A stretch of 32,631 nt of DNA from an uncultured Eubacteriales bacterium (GCA_902768995.1 CACXNN010000002.1:1-32631); one strand, 5' to 3'; shown: positions 8,806 to 17,351, counted from the stretch's first letter. The notes: generated by a model from the letters alone, not told the origin. A program made the numbers and translations.

Positions 8806-8856
8806 ATATCGTAGTATAGTATACTTCCCACTCATGAGGCAATACTGAATTTGAAA

Positions 8857-9552
8857 ATGGACAGGATGACGGAACGTGCGTACAAGAGAAAATGCTTCCA
8901 GGGGCGGGGGATGGTGGCCCGTTCCCTGGACATGGCTTTCTTTTCCCTTCTGGGTGGCGCTTGCCTGTATGTTTTGATACGAAATCTTGTTTTTTCTACC
9001 CTTTTATCCGCTGGACTCTTTTTATTTTTCATTCTATGGGACAGGAGACGATGGCACCGATATAGACAGCGTATTTGGCAGGAAGCTGACCGATCCTTGC
9101 GGCGGGAAGCCTGGCTGCAGCAGGAGGCGGAGCGTATACGCGGGGAGGGCGGCGTGATCCTGTACCCGACGCCGGATGGAGAGAGGATGATCGGCCTTTG
9201 CCTGAACTTTGGGCAAGGTACCGTTTTCCATTCCTTTGGAGATACAAACAACGATTTGCTCGCTACCGCAGAAGCCTATGGCTGCAGCGTCGTCTTTCAT
9301 CCCTGGCAGGAGGGATCGGAACCCAGCCGGGAGCAGGTCGTGGAACGGCTCCAGCGGGATGCGCCGAAGCGGGTTTACGCTCTGTGGAAAAAGCTTATTC
9401 AGTTGCCAGGGAATCGGTATCTTTTGACCGGGGTTTTGCTGCTGCTTCTTTCCATCATTTTGCGGCGGGCCCTCTATTGGCGCATTTTAGGGTCCCTGTG
9501 CCTGCTGATCGGTACGATCCGGAGATCTGTGACCCTATACCGGGAAACGTAA
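8857..9552 (+). CDS. Hypothetical membrane protein
   Basis: About 231 aa. Two N-terminal and two C-terminal hydrophobic helices flank a soluble middle region rich in R/E/W. No family recognised. Start uncertain (TTG 8851, ATG 8857 or ATG 8866, all with weak SD). Confidence 0.55.
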   Translation: MDRMTERAYKRKCFQGRGMVARSLDMAFFSLLGGACLYVLIRNLVFSTLLSAGLFLFFILWDRRRWHRYRQRIWQEADRSLRREAWLQQEAERIRGEGGVILYPTPDGERMIGLCLNFGQGTVFHSFGDTNNDLLATAEAYGCSVVFHPWQEGSEPSREQVVERLQRDAPKRVYALWKKLIQLPGNRYLLTGVLLLLLSIILRRALYWRILGSLCLLIGTIRRSVTLYRET

Positions 9553-9579
9553 AAGAGCCTCGCAGGGAGGCTCTTTTTA
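9551..9579. terminator. Bidirectional intrinsic terminator
   Basis: AAAA, then stem AGAGCCTC, loop GCAGG, stem GAGGCTCT, then TTTTT. Lies between convergent genes. Confidence 0.8.
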
Positions 9580-9592
9580 TCATGGAGATAAT

Positions 9593-10843
9593 TTATTTAA
9601 CTACGATACGCTTCAACCTGGCGAAGCGGGGAAGTCCGTTTTCAAGGGGCAGGTTAGGCGTGCCCTGGATGAGGGGCAGCACGTAGTCCACGAACTCCTG
9701 GGTGACGCCGTTGCCGGCCTCGTTGATCCATTCCCGGGGCACCTTCTTCTCCGTGTTGGCCGCCAGGGACAGGTCCTCGGGGACCACATCGCAGGCATAG
9801 TCGCCGTATACGTCCATATGACGGTGGAAGGCCATCATCTTGTCGGACATGCCGTTGACGGCGGCCTTCACCGCCGCACGACCGGCAGCAAAGGACTCAT
9901 TGATATCCGTGGCAGAGGCGAAGTGAGAGGAGCAGCGCTGCAGCAGGGACAGCTCCACGCCGCGGATCTTCTTCACGCCCAGCTTGGCTTTGACGTAGCT
10001 CACCAACGTGGCGGCCACGCCGCCCAGCTGCTTATGGCCGAAGCTGTCGGTGTTGGCGACAGCGGCACCGTATTCCGCGATGAAGACGCCGTTCTTGTCA
10101 TGGATGCCCTCGGAGACCACCACCATGCAGTCGCCCCGCTCGTCCATGATCCGCTTCACGTCCGTCAGGAACTGGCCCATATCGAAATCCGTCTCCGGCA
10201 GATACACCAGATCCGGTCCGTCACCCGTGGCGGTGGCGACGCCGGCAGCACCGGCCAGCCATCCGGCGTGACGGCCCATGACCTCCACGATGAGGACGGA
10301 GAAGTAGTCGTACACGTTGCAGTCGCGGCGCATCTCCATGCAGCTGGTGATGACGTACTTGGCGGCGGAGGCGAAGCCCGGGCAGTGGTCCGTGCCGTAG
10401 AGGTCGTTGTCCACGGTCTTGGGTACGCCGATGACCCGGCAGAGGTAGTTTTCCTGCTGGAAGAACTTGCTGATCTTATTGCAGGTGTCCATGGAGTCGT
10501 TGCCGCCGATATAGAAGAAGTAGCGGATGTCGTGTTTCTTGAACACTTCCAGGATCCGGCGGAAATCGGTATCATCCTCCGTGTAGTCCTTCAGTTTATA
10601 GCGGCAGGAGCCCAGGGAGGCGGAGGGGGTGTTGAGAAGGAGGCGCAGCTCGTGCTCGTCTTCCTGATCAAGATCGTAGAGGATATCGTCCAATACGCCC
10701 TTGATGCCATGGGCGGCGCCGTAGACGTGGGTGATAGAATCGCTATCCAAGGCGGTACGGATCACGCCGTACGCACTGGCGTTGATGACAGCGGTGGGCC
10801 CGCCGGACTGAGCGACCAGGCAGGCGCCAATGAGTTTATCCAT
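9593..10843 (-). CDS. pfp: Pyrophosphate-type 6-phosphofructokinase (diphosphate--fructose-6-phosphate 1-phosphotransferase)
   Basis: 416 aa. PFK motifs ...SGGPTAVINAS..., YIGGNDSMD (Asp where ATP-PFKs have the second Gly of GGDGS), PKTVDNDL (Lys where ATP-PFKs have Gly) and MGRHAGWLA. These two substitutions are the classical PPi-dependence signature. Confidence 0.85.
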   Translation of the reverse strand: MDKLIGACLVAQSGGPTAVINASAYGVIRTALDSDSITHVYGAAHGIKGVLDDILYDLDQEDEHELRLLLNTPSASLGSCRYKLKDYTEDDTDFRRILEVFKKHDIRYFFYIGGNDSMDTCNKISKFFQQENYLCRVIGVPKTVDNDLYGTDHCPGFASAAKYVITSCMEMRRDCNVYDYFSVLIVEVMGRHAGWLAGAAGVATATGDGPDLVYLPETDFDMGQFLTDVKRIMDERGDCMVVVSEGIHDKNGVFIAEYGAAVANTDSFGHKQLGGVAATLVSYVKAKLGVKKIRGVELSLLQRCSSHFASATDINESFAAGRAAVKAAVNGMSDKMMAFHRHMDVYGDYACDVVPEDLSLAANTEKKVPREWINEAGNGVTQEFVDYVLPLIQGTPNLPLENGLPRFARLKRIVVK

Positions 10844-10879
10844 TATTGTTCTCCTTTGGTGTTTGCATCAATGCTGAAC

Positions 10880-10908
10880 ATTCTACTGTAAAAGACCGTT
10901 TATTGCAA
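10880..10908 (-). promoter_or_regulatory. Putative sigma-A promoter of pfp
   Basis: On the minus strand: TTGCAA (10908-10903), 17 nt spacer, TAGAAT (10885-10880), about 35 nt upstream of the AAAGGAGA SD and ATG 10843. Confidence 0.5.
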
Positions 10909-10911
10909 GAG

Positions 10912-11844
10912 TCATTTTGTATATTTTTTGAGAAAATCGTCCAGATACGTCATATAGCCCACGGGGTCCACGTAGCAGCACGCACAGTGGGCGGCCGTTT
11001 CCACGGTGAGCATCTCCCTCTCCGTATGGCACTCCACATAGTTCTGATAGCCCATGTCGTAGGGGACCAGCTCGTCCAGCTTTCCATGGATGAACAGGAA
11101 GGGAAGATCCGTTTTATCCAGCGCCTCCCGGCAGGTAGTGGCGGTCAAAGAGTACCCGGCGATGATCCTGGCCCATATATCCATGGCGGGGAGCATGGGG
11201 AAGACGGGGACTTTGTAGGCGTTGGTGAGGGCGGTGGCGATCACGTCCCGCGGGGAATGGAACGCTGAATCGGCGATTATGCCCCGGGTCTGCTTGGGCA
11301 GATCCAGGCCGGAAGCCATGATCACTGTGGCGCCGCCCATGCTTTGGCCGTAAAGGAACAGGGGCAGATCGGGATGTTTGTCGGAAAGGAGTTTGGCCCA
11401 GGCGGCGATATCGTACCGCTCTTTCACGCCGAAGGTGATGTATTTGCCCTCGCTTTTCCGATGGGCACGCATATAGGGGTAAAGCACGGTGTAGCCCTGC
11501 TCGTAGAGATGCTGGGCGACCTTTGCGAACTCCCGGGCAGGCCAGGAGCGGAAACCGTGGACCGCCACTATGAGACCGATGGGGTTTTCCGCTTCCAGCA
11601 ATTCCGCAGTTAAGGCGAGCCCGTCCCGGCTGGTGATATGGAGCTCCGTCTTGGGCTGGCTCTCGAACCAGTCCACGCCCTGCTGCATCTGGTCCCGGAA
11701 AGCGTATCGGCCGGAAGGGACCACGCTGGTCACGCGAAAGAGCTCGGTCCTGTCCCGCCGGGTGCTGCCTCTTTCGAAGGCATAGAAGCTGGCGCCCAGG
11801 ATGAAAAGGAGCAACAGACAAACAGGGATAAGGATATACAGCAT
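10912..11844 (-). CDS. Alpha/beta hydrolase with N-terminal membrane anchor
   Basis: 310 aa from ATG 11844 (GAGG upstream). TM helix MLYILIPVCLLLLFILGASFYAF, ...VAVHGF..., nucleophile elbow GQSMGG, and a later ...IHGKLDELVP... block. Confidence 0.8.
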   Translation of the reverse strand: MLYILIPVCLLLLFILGASFYAFERGSTRRDRTELFRVTSVVPSGRYAFRDQMQQGVDWFESQPKTELHITSRDGLALTAELLEAENPIGLIVAVHGFRSWPAREFAKVAQHLYEQGYTVLYPYMRAHRKSEGKYITFGVKERYDIAAWAKLLSDKHPDLPLFLYGQSMGGATVIMASGLDLPKQTRGIIADSAFHSPRDVIATALTNAYKVPVFPMLPAMDIWARIIAGYSLTATTCREALDKTDLPFLFIHGKLDELVPYDMGYQNYVECHTEREMLTVETAAHCACCYVDPVGYMTYLDDFLKKYTK

Positions 11845-11917
11845 AGCGACCTCGAAACACATAATGGCATATAGTATCACAGATCGTTCGTATTTGAAAG
11901 TAGAATCTAATATTTTC

Positions 11918-11946
11918 TTGACGCTGAAAGGCTATTTTTGTACAAT
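11918..11946 (+). promoter_or_regulatory. Putative sigma-A promoter of the second AKR gene
   Basis: TTGACG (11918-11923), 17 nt spacer, TACAAT (11941-11946). GGAGG SD at about 11959-11963 and ATG at 11972. Confidence 0.55.
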
Positions 11947-11971
11947 ATAAACAAAAACCGGAGGTGCACTT

Positions 11972-13096
11972 ATGGCATTTCTTCCTGAAAGCACTAAAAA
12001 ACTGGGGTTCGGATTGATGCGGCTGCCCATCTTGAACGGTAAGGGCGACGATATCGATATCGAGCTGGTTTGTAAGATGGCCGACCACTTCCTGCAGCAG
12101 GGCTTCACCTATTTCGACACGGCGTATCCCTATCATAACGGTTTTTCCGAGCGCGCGGTCAAGAAGGTGCTGGTAGAGCGCCATCCCCGGGAGAGCTTTT
12201 TGCTGGCCGACAAGATGCCGGTCTACAAGCTGAAGGAACCCCAGGATGCGCTCGCCACCTTTGAGGAGCAGCTGGATCGGACAGAGGCCGGTTATTTCGA
12301 TTTTTATCTGCTGCACGCCATGAGCGCGGACCGTCTTGACAAGGTCAAGGAACTAGGGGTCTGGCCGTACCTGCTCCAGGAGAAGGAGAGGGGCCGGATC
12401 CGTCGCCTGGGCTTCTCCTTCCACGATTCGCCGGAGGTGCTGGACCGGATGCTGACGGACTTTCCGGAGGCGGAGTTCGTCCAGCTCCAGATCAACTATG
12501 CGGACTGGGAGGATCAGGAGGTCCAGTCCCGCCGCTGCTACGAGGTTGCGCAGAAACATGGCAAGCCCGTCATCGTCATGGAGCCTATACGGGGCGGGAG
12601 CCTGGCGTCGGAGAAGGCGGTGTGCGCACCGCTGCTGAAGGAGGCCGAGCCTAAAGCGTCCTTGGCTTCCTGGGCGTTGCGGTTCGTAGCGGGGCTGCCG
12701 GGCGTAGCCATGGTTCTTTCCGGCATGTCCACCTTCCAACAGCTGGAGGAGAACGTGGATCTGTTCAACCGAATGCAGCCCTTGTCAAATGCGGAGCAGG
12801 CTTTGCTGACTAAGGCCGCCGACATGCTGCGGGCAGCTGGGGCCATCCCCTGCACGGGGTGCAAATACTGCGTGGAGGGCTGCCCGGCGAACATCGATAT
12901 CCCCGCCATACTGGACCTGCTGAACGAATACGCCCGATTCGGTTCCCTGGAGAGCGCCAAGCGCAGTTACGGCTTTAGGACGCGGGATAAGGGGCTGGCG
13001 TCGGCCTGCGTGAGCTGCGGACAGTGCCTCGATATCTGTCCTCAGCATATCGAGTCGGCGGTGCATATGGAGAAGGCAGCGGAGCTGTTTGAATAA
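11972..13096 (+). CDS. Aldo/keto reductase fused to a C-terminal 4Fe-4S ferredoxin-like domain (paralogue of 3644-4684)
   Basis: 374 aa. ...LGFGLMRLP...GFTYFDTAYPYHNGFSERAVK.... C-terminal motifs CTGCKYCVEGCP and CVSCGQCLDICP. Confidence 0.85.
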   Translation: MAFLPESTKKLGFGLMRLPILNGKGDDIDIELVCKMADHFLQQGFTYFDTAYPYHNGFSERAVKKVLVERHPRESFLLADKMPVYKLKEPQDALATFEEQLDRTEAGYFDFYLLHAMSADRLDKVKELGVWPYLLQEKERGRIRRLGFSFHDSPEVLDRMLTDFPEAEFVQLQINYADWEDQEVQSRRCYEVAQKHGKPVIVMEPIRGGSLASEKAVCAPLLKEAEPKASLASWALRFVAGLPGVAMVLSGMSTFQQLEENVDLFNRMQPLSNAEQALLTKAADMLRAAGAIPCTGCKYCVEGCPANIDIPAILDLLNEYARFGSLESAKRSYGFRTRDKGLASACVSCGQCLDICPQHIESAVHMEKAAELFE

Positions 13097-13100
13097 TAAG

Positions 13101-13186
13101 ATGTAGGGACTCGAATTCGCGCCTGCGGGCTTAGAGGTGTAATGATAGATGAAGCTTCAGGGACTCGAATTCGCGCCTGCGGGCTT
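13101..13186. repeat. Two direct 28-nt repeats (period 54 nt) carrying a tRNA-Val T-arm fragment
   Basis: AGGGACTCGAATTCGCGCCTGCGGGCTT occurs at 13105-13132 and 13159-13186, and the copies are identical. Copy 1 plus 4 upstream nt (ATGTAGGGACTCGAA, 13101-13115) is identical to 13304-13318 inside the tRNA-Val gene. Confidence 0.85.
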
Positions 13187-13238
13187 GGTCGGGGTTCGGC
13201 TCTGGAGCGCCACTGGCGCTCCATTCACTACCGAACCC

Positions 13239-13261
13239 GTTCGAGCCCTACATCCCCACCA
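13239..13261 (+). repeat. Inverted partial copy of the tRNA-Val 3' end (T-loop, acceptor 3' strand and CCA)
   Basis: GTTCGAGCCCTACATCCCCACCA is the reverse complement of 13296-13319 (the 3' end of the intact minus-strand tRNA gene) except for one missing base. No complete cloverleaf can be drawn around it. A perfect hairpin GGAGCGCC-ACT-GGCGCTCC at 13204-13222 lies just upstream, flanked by GGGTTCGG / CCGAACCC. Confidence 0.8.
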
Positions 13262-13264
13262 AAC

Positions 13265-13293
13265 AAAAAAACCACCTGACAAGGTGGTTTTTT
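13265..13293. terminator. Bidirectional intrinsic terminator (ends both the AKR transcript and tRNA-Val)
   Basis: AAAAAA, then stem ACCACCT, loop GACA, stem AGGTGGT, then TTTTT. Confidence 0.85.
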
Positions 13294-13295
13294 AT

Positions 13296-13372
13296 TGGTG
13301 GGGATGTAGGGACTCGAACCCTAGACCTCTGCGATGTGAACACAGCGCTCTAACCAGCTGAGCTACATCCCC
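13296..13372 (-). tRNA. tRNA-Val (anticodon CAC), CCA encoded
   Basis: Minus-strand read: GGGGATG TA GCTC AGCTGGTTA GAGC G CTGTG TTCACAT CGCAG AGGTC TAGGG TTCGAGT CCCTA CATCCCC A CCA. All four stems pair. U33 and A37 flank the CAC anticodon. 77 nt. Confidence 0.9.
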
Positions 13373-13385
13373 ACGCGCAAGCAAG

Positions 13386-13414
13386 ATTATACAGCATCGG
13401 TTTGCAATTTGCAA
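13386..13414 (-). promoter_or_regulatory. Sigma-A promoter of tRNA-Val
   Basis: On the minus strand: TTGCAA (13414-13409), 17 nt spacer, TATAAT (13391-13386), 13 nt upstream of the mature tRNA 5' end. Confidence 0.7.
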
Positions 13415-13495
13415 GTCCTTTTTTGAAAATGATTTGCACTTGTTTGACAAGGATTCCTATGGTATCATGTTCCGTAAGAAAGGAAGGTGATCCTG

Positions 13496-14731
13496 GTGAA
13501 CAGCAGAGACGTGAAACAGATTTTGAAGGATACGGCATATCCTCATACGGCGGCTTCCCCGGAGGAGATGAAATGTTTGCAATATCTGCAGGAAAGATGC
13601 CGCAAGGTGGGGCTCGAAACGAGGGTTGAGGCGTTCTCCCTGGAGCGTTCCAATATTCGATCCGCTTCCCTCACGGTGGACGGGAAGGCGTACCCCTGCA
13701 AGGCCTACATCGGCTGCGGCAGCGGGAAGGTGGAAGCGCCGCTCTATTACCTTCGGAGCACGGACGATCTGTCCCTGTCCCTGTGTCGGGACCACATCGT
13801 GCTGACGGATCAGCCGCTGAAGATGTGGACCTATCAGGACATGATCAAGAACGGCGCCCTGGGGTTCATCACCTTTACAGGCCGATACAGCTGCCCCGAT
13901 CGGGATATCGACCAGAAGACGCTGCGACCGGCAACCAGCCTTGGAAAGCTGCTCCTGGGCGTGAATATCAACGTGAAGGACGCCATGGACATCGTGGCCA
14001 AGGGAAGCAAGTCCGCCTGTATCGAGATCGACCAGGAGTCATATGAGGGAAAGGCCCATAACCTGATCGGAGAACTCCCCGGGGAGATCGACGAGTGGGT
14101 GGTCCTGACAGCACACTACGATTCCACACCCCTGTCCTGCGGCAGCTACGACAACATGACCGGGTCCATCGGTATCCTGGGCGTAGCGGAACGGTTCGTG
14201 AAAGCGCCTCATCGGCGGGGCCTTCGGTTCATCTGGTGCGGCGGAGAAGAGTTGGGCCTTTTGGGCTCCAAAGCCTACTGCGCCGACCATGAAGGGGAGC
14301 TGGAAAAGGTGGTGCTGAACATCAACCTGGACATGATCGGCAGCATCATGGGCAAATTCATCGCCTGCTGCTCCGCAGAGGAGCGACTGGTTTCCTTCAT
14401 CGAATATACGGCGGACGAGCTCGGGTTCCCTGTGGCCGCCCGCAGCGGTGTCTATTCCAGCGACTCCACGCCCTTTGCGGACAAGGGCGTGCCCAGCCTG
14501 TCCTTTGCTCGTCTTGCACCGCCAACCGCCGGGTCCATCCATGAGCGGTACGATACGCCAGCCATCGTTTCCCCGCAGCAGGTATTGACGGATATCGAGT
14601 TCATCGCCGGCTTTACAGGCCGCATGGCCAATGCCGTACGCTGCCCTGTGAAGCGGGAGATCCCAGAAAAGATCAAGGACAAGCTGGACGTCTACCTGAA
14701 TCGGAAACGGGCGCCTCAGCCCCAGGATTGA
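13496..14731 (+). CDS. M28-family metallopeptidase (aminopeptidase-like)
   Basis: About 411 aa. GTG 13496 lies 8 nt after AGGAAGG, and an in-frame GTG at 13487 is the alternative start. Metal-ligand blocks ...LTAHYDS..., ...YDNMTGS..., ...CGGEELGLLGSKAY..., ...NLDMIGS..., ...SDSTPF.... Confidence 0.75.
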   Translation: MNSRDVKQILKDTAYPHTAASPEEMKCLQYLQERCRKVGLETRVEAFSLERSNIRSASLTVDGKAYPCKAYIGCGSGKVEAPLYYLRSTDDLSLSLCRDHIVLTDQPLKMWTYQDMIKNGALGFITFTGRYSCPDRDIDQKTLRPATSLGKLLLGVNINVKDAMDIVAKGSKSACIEIDQESYEGKAHNLIGELPGEIDEWVVLTAHYDSTPLSCGSYDNMTGSIGILGVAERFVKAPHRRGLRFIWCGGEELGLLGSKAYCADHEGELEKVVLNINLDMIGSIMGKFIACCSAEERLVSFIEYTADELGFPVAARSGVYSSDSTPFADKGVPSLSFARLAPPTAGSIHERYDTPAIVSPQQVLTDIEFIAGFTGRMANAVRCPVKREIPEKIKDKLDVYLNRKRAPQPQD

Positions 14732-14748
14732 TCTATACACATAGGCAT

Positions 14749-14781
14749 GGAAAAACGGACGGGTCATCCCGTCCGTTTCCA
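14749..14781. terminator. Intrinsic terminator, mainly for the minus-strand envelope operon
   Basis: 10-bp stem AACGGACGGG / CCCGTCCGTT with loop TCAT. On the minus strand it is followed by TTTTT. The T-run on the plus strand is weaker. Confidence 0.7.
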
Positions 14782-14798
14782 TGTATACTCAAATCAGC

Positions 14799-15104
14799 TC
14801 AGTCCTCGGGGTATTCCTCCTCATACTGGGGCTGAGGATGACGCTTGACCTTTTTGCCCTTCTTGCCATAGAAGATTTTCCAGGTGCAGATGAGGAACAG
14901 GACGCCCAGGATCAGCGCCAGGGCGGCGATGATCACGTCCAGATACTTGGAAACCAAAACCTGCTCGCCCAAAAAATGGAGCATGGGGTTGAATCCGTCG
15001 AGGATGTAGAAGACGATGTAGATGACAGACAGCACTATGCATGAATTGGCGACGATCGTGGAAACGATCTGGAGCCAGCGAGGGACGGATTTCTTCTTTT
15101 TCAT
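14799..15104 (-). CDS. Small hypothetical membrane protein
   Basis: 101 aa with two hydrophobic helices, a basic N-terminus (MKKKKS) and an acidic tail (YEEEYPED). Lies 13 nt downstream of the preceding gene in the same operon. Confidence 0.6.
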   Translation of the reverse strand: MKKKKSVPRWLQIVSTIVANSCIVLSVIYIVFYILDGFNPMLHFLGEQVLVSKYLDVIIAALALILGVLFLICTWKIFYGKKGKKVKRHPQPQYEEEYPED

Positions 15105-15117
15105 GGTTGCATACTCC

Positions 15118-16311
15118 TTATTTATTGACTTCAGCTATATACGCGATATCACTTGTGGTTCGGCCGTTATTGCCGTAGGTCTTACCGTTGAAATACAAAG
15201 CGGAGGATTGGCCGCCGTCCATGTTGTACGCCGCAGCCATGCCAAGATCTGCGCACAGCTGTGACAGCTCGGCAAGGGAGATGCCGCGCAGCTTGCCGCG
15301 GCCGTTCACCGCGATGAAACAGTAGTGGCCCGGTTCGTAATACCCGATGGCGGAACGGGGGTTAGGATCGGCCAGGTTGCCCATCTTACCGATGGTGAAC
15401 TTGGTTTTGGCCTGTCCGTCCCGCGTCAGCAGGGCAGGGCCGAAGTACCACACCTGGAAGGGGGAAGCTGCCTCGATCTCCTCCGAAGAATAGGTCTCGC
15501 TGGAGATGTCGATGGTCTCCATGACGCCGTCGGGATAGAGGATGGCTAGGTCGCTGGAGATCTTGTTGAACCGAGCGATCTTGACGCCGTTGCGGACGAA
15601 CCAGCCATGCTTGTTGCCGTAGGCATTCAAACAGTAGTCCGTGTTGATCCCCAGGATGCCGTTCTGTTCCTTGCACATATCCCGCACCAGCTCGGTTTTC
15701 GAGGCGTTGGGCGCCACAAAGGTGCGGAAGCAGTTGATATCCTGGATATAGATATCGGCCAGGGTGAAGGGGACGTAGTCGACCTTTCTTAGCTCGGTAC
15801 CGCAGTATTCGCAGTCAGGAAAAGTCTTGGAGATATGGGCGCAGTTGCGGCAGTAATACGCATCCACCTGGTTCAGCTCGATGGCGATATCCTCGCTGCG
15901 ATACTCCGTATCGGTGGAGATAACCTGATCCGGCGAGAACTTCTCGGCAAACTTGCCCTTGAGCAATCCGCTGGGCTCAGGGGTCGGTTCCAACGTAGGT
16001 TCGGGCGTAGGCTCCGGCGTATTGGTGGGAGCAGGGGTTTCGGCGTTAGGATCGGCGGTGCCGTCCGGTGCGTCCGTAGGCGCAGGCGTGTCCGTAGGCG
16101 CAGGGGTGGGAGCGGGCGTATCGGTGGGAACGGGGGTATGGATATCCGCGGCGTTCATACTTGCGGTGTTGATCTCAGTCATATCGATCTCTATAGGCTT
16201 CCAGGGAAAGAAATGGAAGACCTGAGCGCAGACGAGATAAGCCAGCACACAAAAACCCAGCAGGTCCAGAACGACCATGCGCAGGATACGTTTTTTACTG
16301 GATGCTTTCAT
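15118..16311 (-). CDS. Phosphodiester glycosidase family protein (NAGPA/DUF2233-like) with signal anchor, Pro/Thr linker and a zinc-ribbon insert
   Basis: 397 aa. TM anchor, then a TDTPAPT/PEPT low-complexity linker, then CRNC...CEYC. C-terminal ...GINTDYC......PRSAIGY...G.Y.FIAVNGR......G.SL.ELS.L...LG...AYNMDGGQSS..YF... is typical of the DUF2233 domain. Confidence 0.7.
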   Translation of the reverse strand: MKASSKKRILRMVVLDLLGFCVLAYLVCAQVFHFFPWKPIEIDMTEINTASMNAADIHTPVPTDTPAPTPAPTDTPAPTDAPDGTADPNAETPAPTNTPEPTPEPTLEPTPEPSGLLKGKFAEKFSPDQVISTDTEYRSEDIAIELNQVDAYYCRNCAHISKTFPDCEYCGTELRKVDYVPFTLADIYIQDINCFRTFVAPNASKTELVRDMCKEQNGILGINTDYCLNAYGNKHGWFVRNGVKIARFNKISSDLAILYPDGVMETIDISSETYSSEEIEAASPFQVWYFGPALLTRDGQAKTKFTIGKMGNLADPNPRSAIGYYEPGHYCFIAVNGRGKLRGISLAELSQLCADLGMAAAYNMDGGQSSALYFNGKTYGNNGRTTSDIAYIAEVNK

Positions 16312-16316
16312 GACAG

Positions 16317-17351
16317 TTATTTTTCCTTCACAAAGACGAATTTACGTTGGAGCACGAAGCTCATGGGGTAGACGATCAGCTGCACGATGGCATAGGAGAT
16401 CCACTCCGGGATGCCGCAGAGCACGGTGAACAGATACAGCAATCCGTAATGGCACCCAAAGATGAACAACGCAAGCACCGTATAGCGGAGGAAGCTGGTC
16501 TTGTTTGCTGCTTCAAATACCAGCCGCTTATTATACAGGTAATTGAAGATAGAACTCAATACCCTGGAAACGGCGGTAGAGAAGAAGATGGAAGAGGTCT
16601 GGGACCAGCTCTTGGTGAGCCAAATCAAAAACAGGAAGATGATGTATTCCAGGAGGAAGCTCAACAGGGAGGAGCTGACGAACATCAGGATCATCTTATA
16701 GATGCGCCAGCCGTCCCGCAGCGCCCGGAAGTGGGAGGAAGCGTTGTCTTCGATATAGACGGTCTCGATGGGCACCTCCACAATGGGGATCAGCTCCCGG
16801 CAGCAGTAGAGGAGCTGGCTGATCTCATATTCATACCGATCCCCCTTCAGGGAAATCATGCGGGGGATGTTTTCCCGGGAAAAGGCGCGAAGGCCCGTCT
16901 GGGTATCGTACAATTTCACACCGGTGGAGATGGCGAATACGAATCGGGTGATGGCGTTGCCGGCGCGGCTCTTGAAGGGGACGTTGCCGGTGAAGCGGCG
17001 GGAGCCGGTGACGAGGGCGTCCCGATGGGCGCGGAAGGTCTCCGCCACGCGCAGCACGTCGTCCGGAAGATGCTGTCCGTCCGCATCCACGGTGATCACG
17101 CCCTCCGCATCGGGGCAGTAGTCGTATACATACTGGAACGCCGTCTTCATAGCGGCACCCTTGCCGCGATTCACCTCATGGTGCAGAACGGTGACCTGAT
17201 CCTTTTCGGACAGAGCGGCAAACAAAGGCTGACAGTCAGCCTGGCTGCCGTCATCCACGATCACGATGGGAAAATTTGTCTTGGAAATCAAGGTATCTAC
17301 CACACCGGTCAGCTTTTCGTCTGGCTGGTAGGCGGGGATCACGATTATCAT
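16317..17351 (-). CDS. Family-2 glycosyltransferase fused to a GtrA-like membrane domain
   Basis: 344 aa. GT2 motifs MIIVIPAYQPDEKL, IVDDGS, VDADGQH. The C-terminal ~120 aa have four hydrophobic helices ending ...QRKFVF, typical of GtrA. Confidence 0.8.
   Translation of the reverse strand: MIIVIPAYQPDEKLTGVVDTLISKTNFPIVIVDDGSQADCQPLFAALSEKDQVTVLHHEVNRGKGAAMKTAFQYVYDYCPDAEGVITVDADGQHLPDDVLRVAETFRAHRDALVTGSRRFTGNVPFKSRAGNAITRFVFAISTGVKLYDTQTGLRAFSRENIPRMISLKGDRYEYEISQLLYCCRELIPIVEVPIETVYIEDNASSHFRALRDGWRIYKMILMFVSSSLLSFLLEYIIFLFLIWLTKSWSQTSSIFFSTAVSRVLSSIFNYLYNKRLVFEAANKTSFLRYTVLALFIFGCHYGLLYLFTVLCGIPEWISYAIVQLIVYPMSFVLQRKFVFVKEK

Noticed and set aside
13105-13186. Possible mini-CRISPR array (identical 28-nt repeats with a 26-nt spacer)
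   Set aside because: There are only two copies, the repeat contains a tRNA fragment, and there are no cas genes or leader. It is better explained as a tRNA-derived duplication.
13149-13361. 70-aa plus-strand ORF
   Set aside because: It spans the repeat region, the terminator hairpin and the antisense of the tRNA gene. It is not coding.
13097-13372. Integrated mobile element at tRNA-Val
   Set aside because: The tRNA-end duplicates suggest old att-type scars. However, the flanking genes (an AKR and an M28 peptidase) are ordinary, and no integrase, excisionase or cargo lies between the copies. I report it only as a repeat curiosity.
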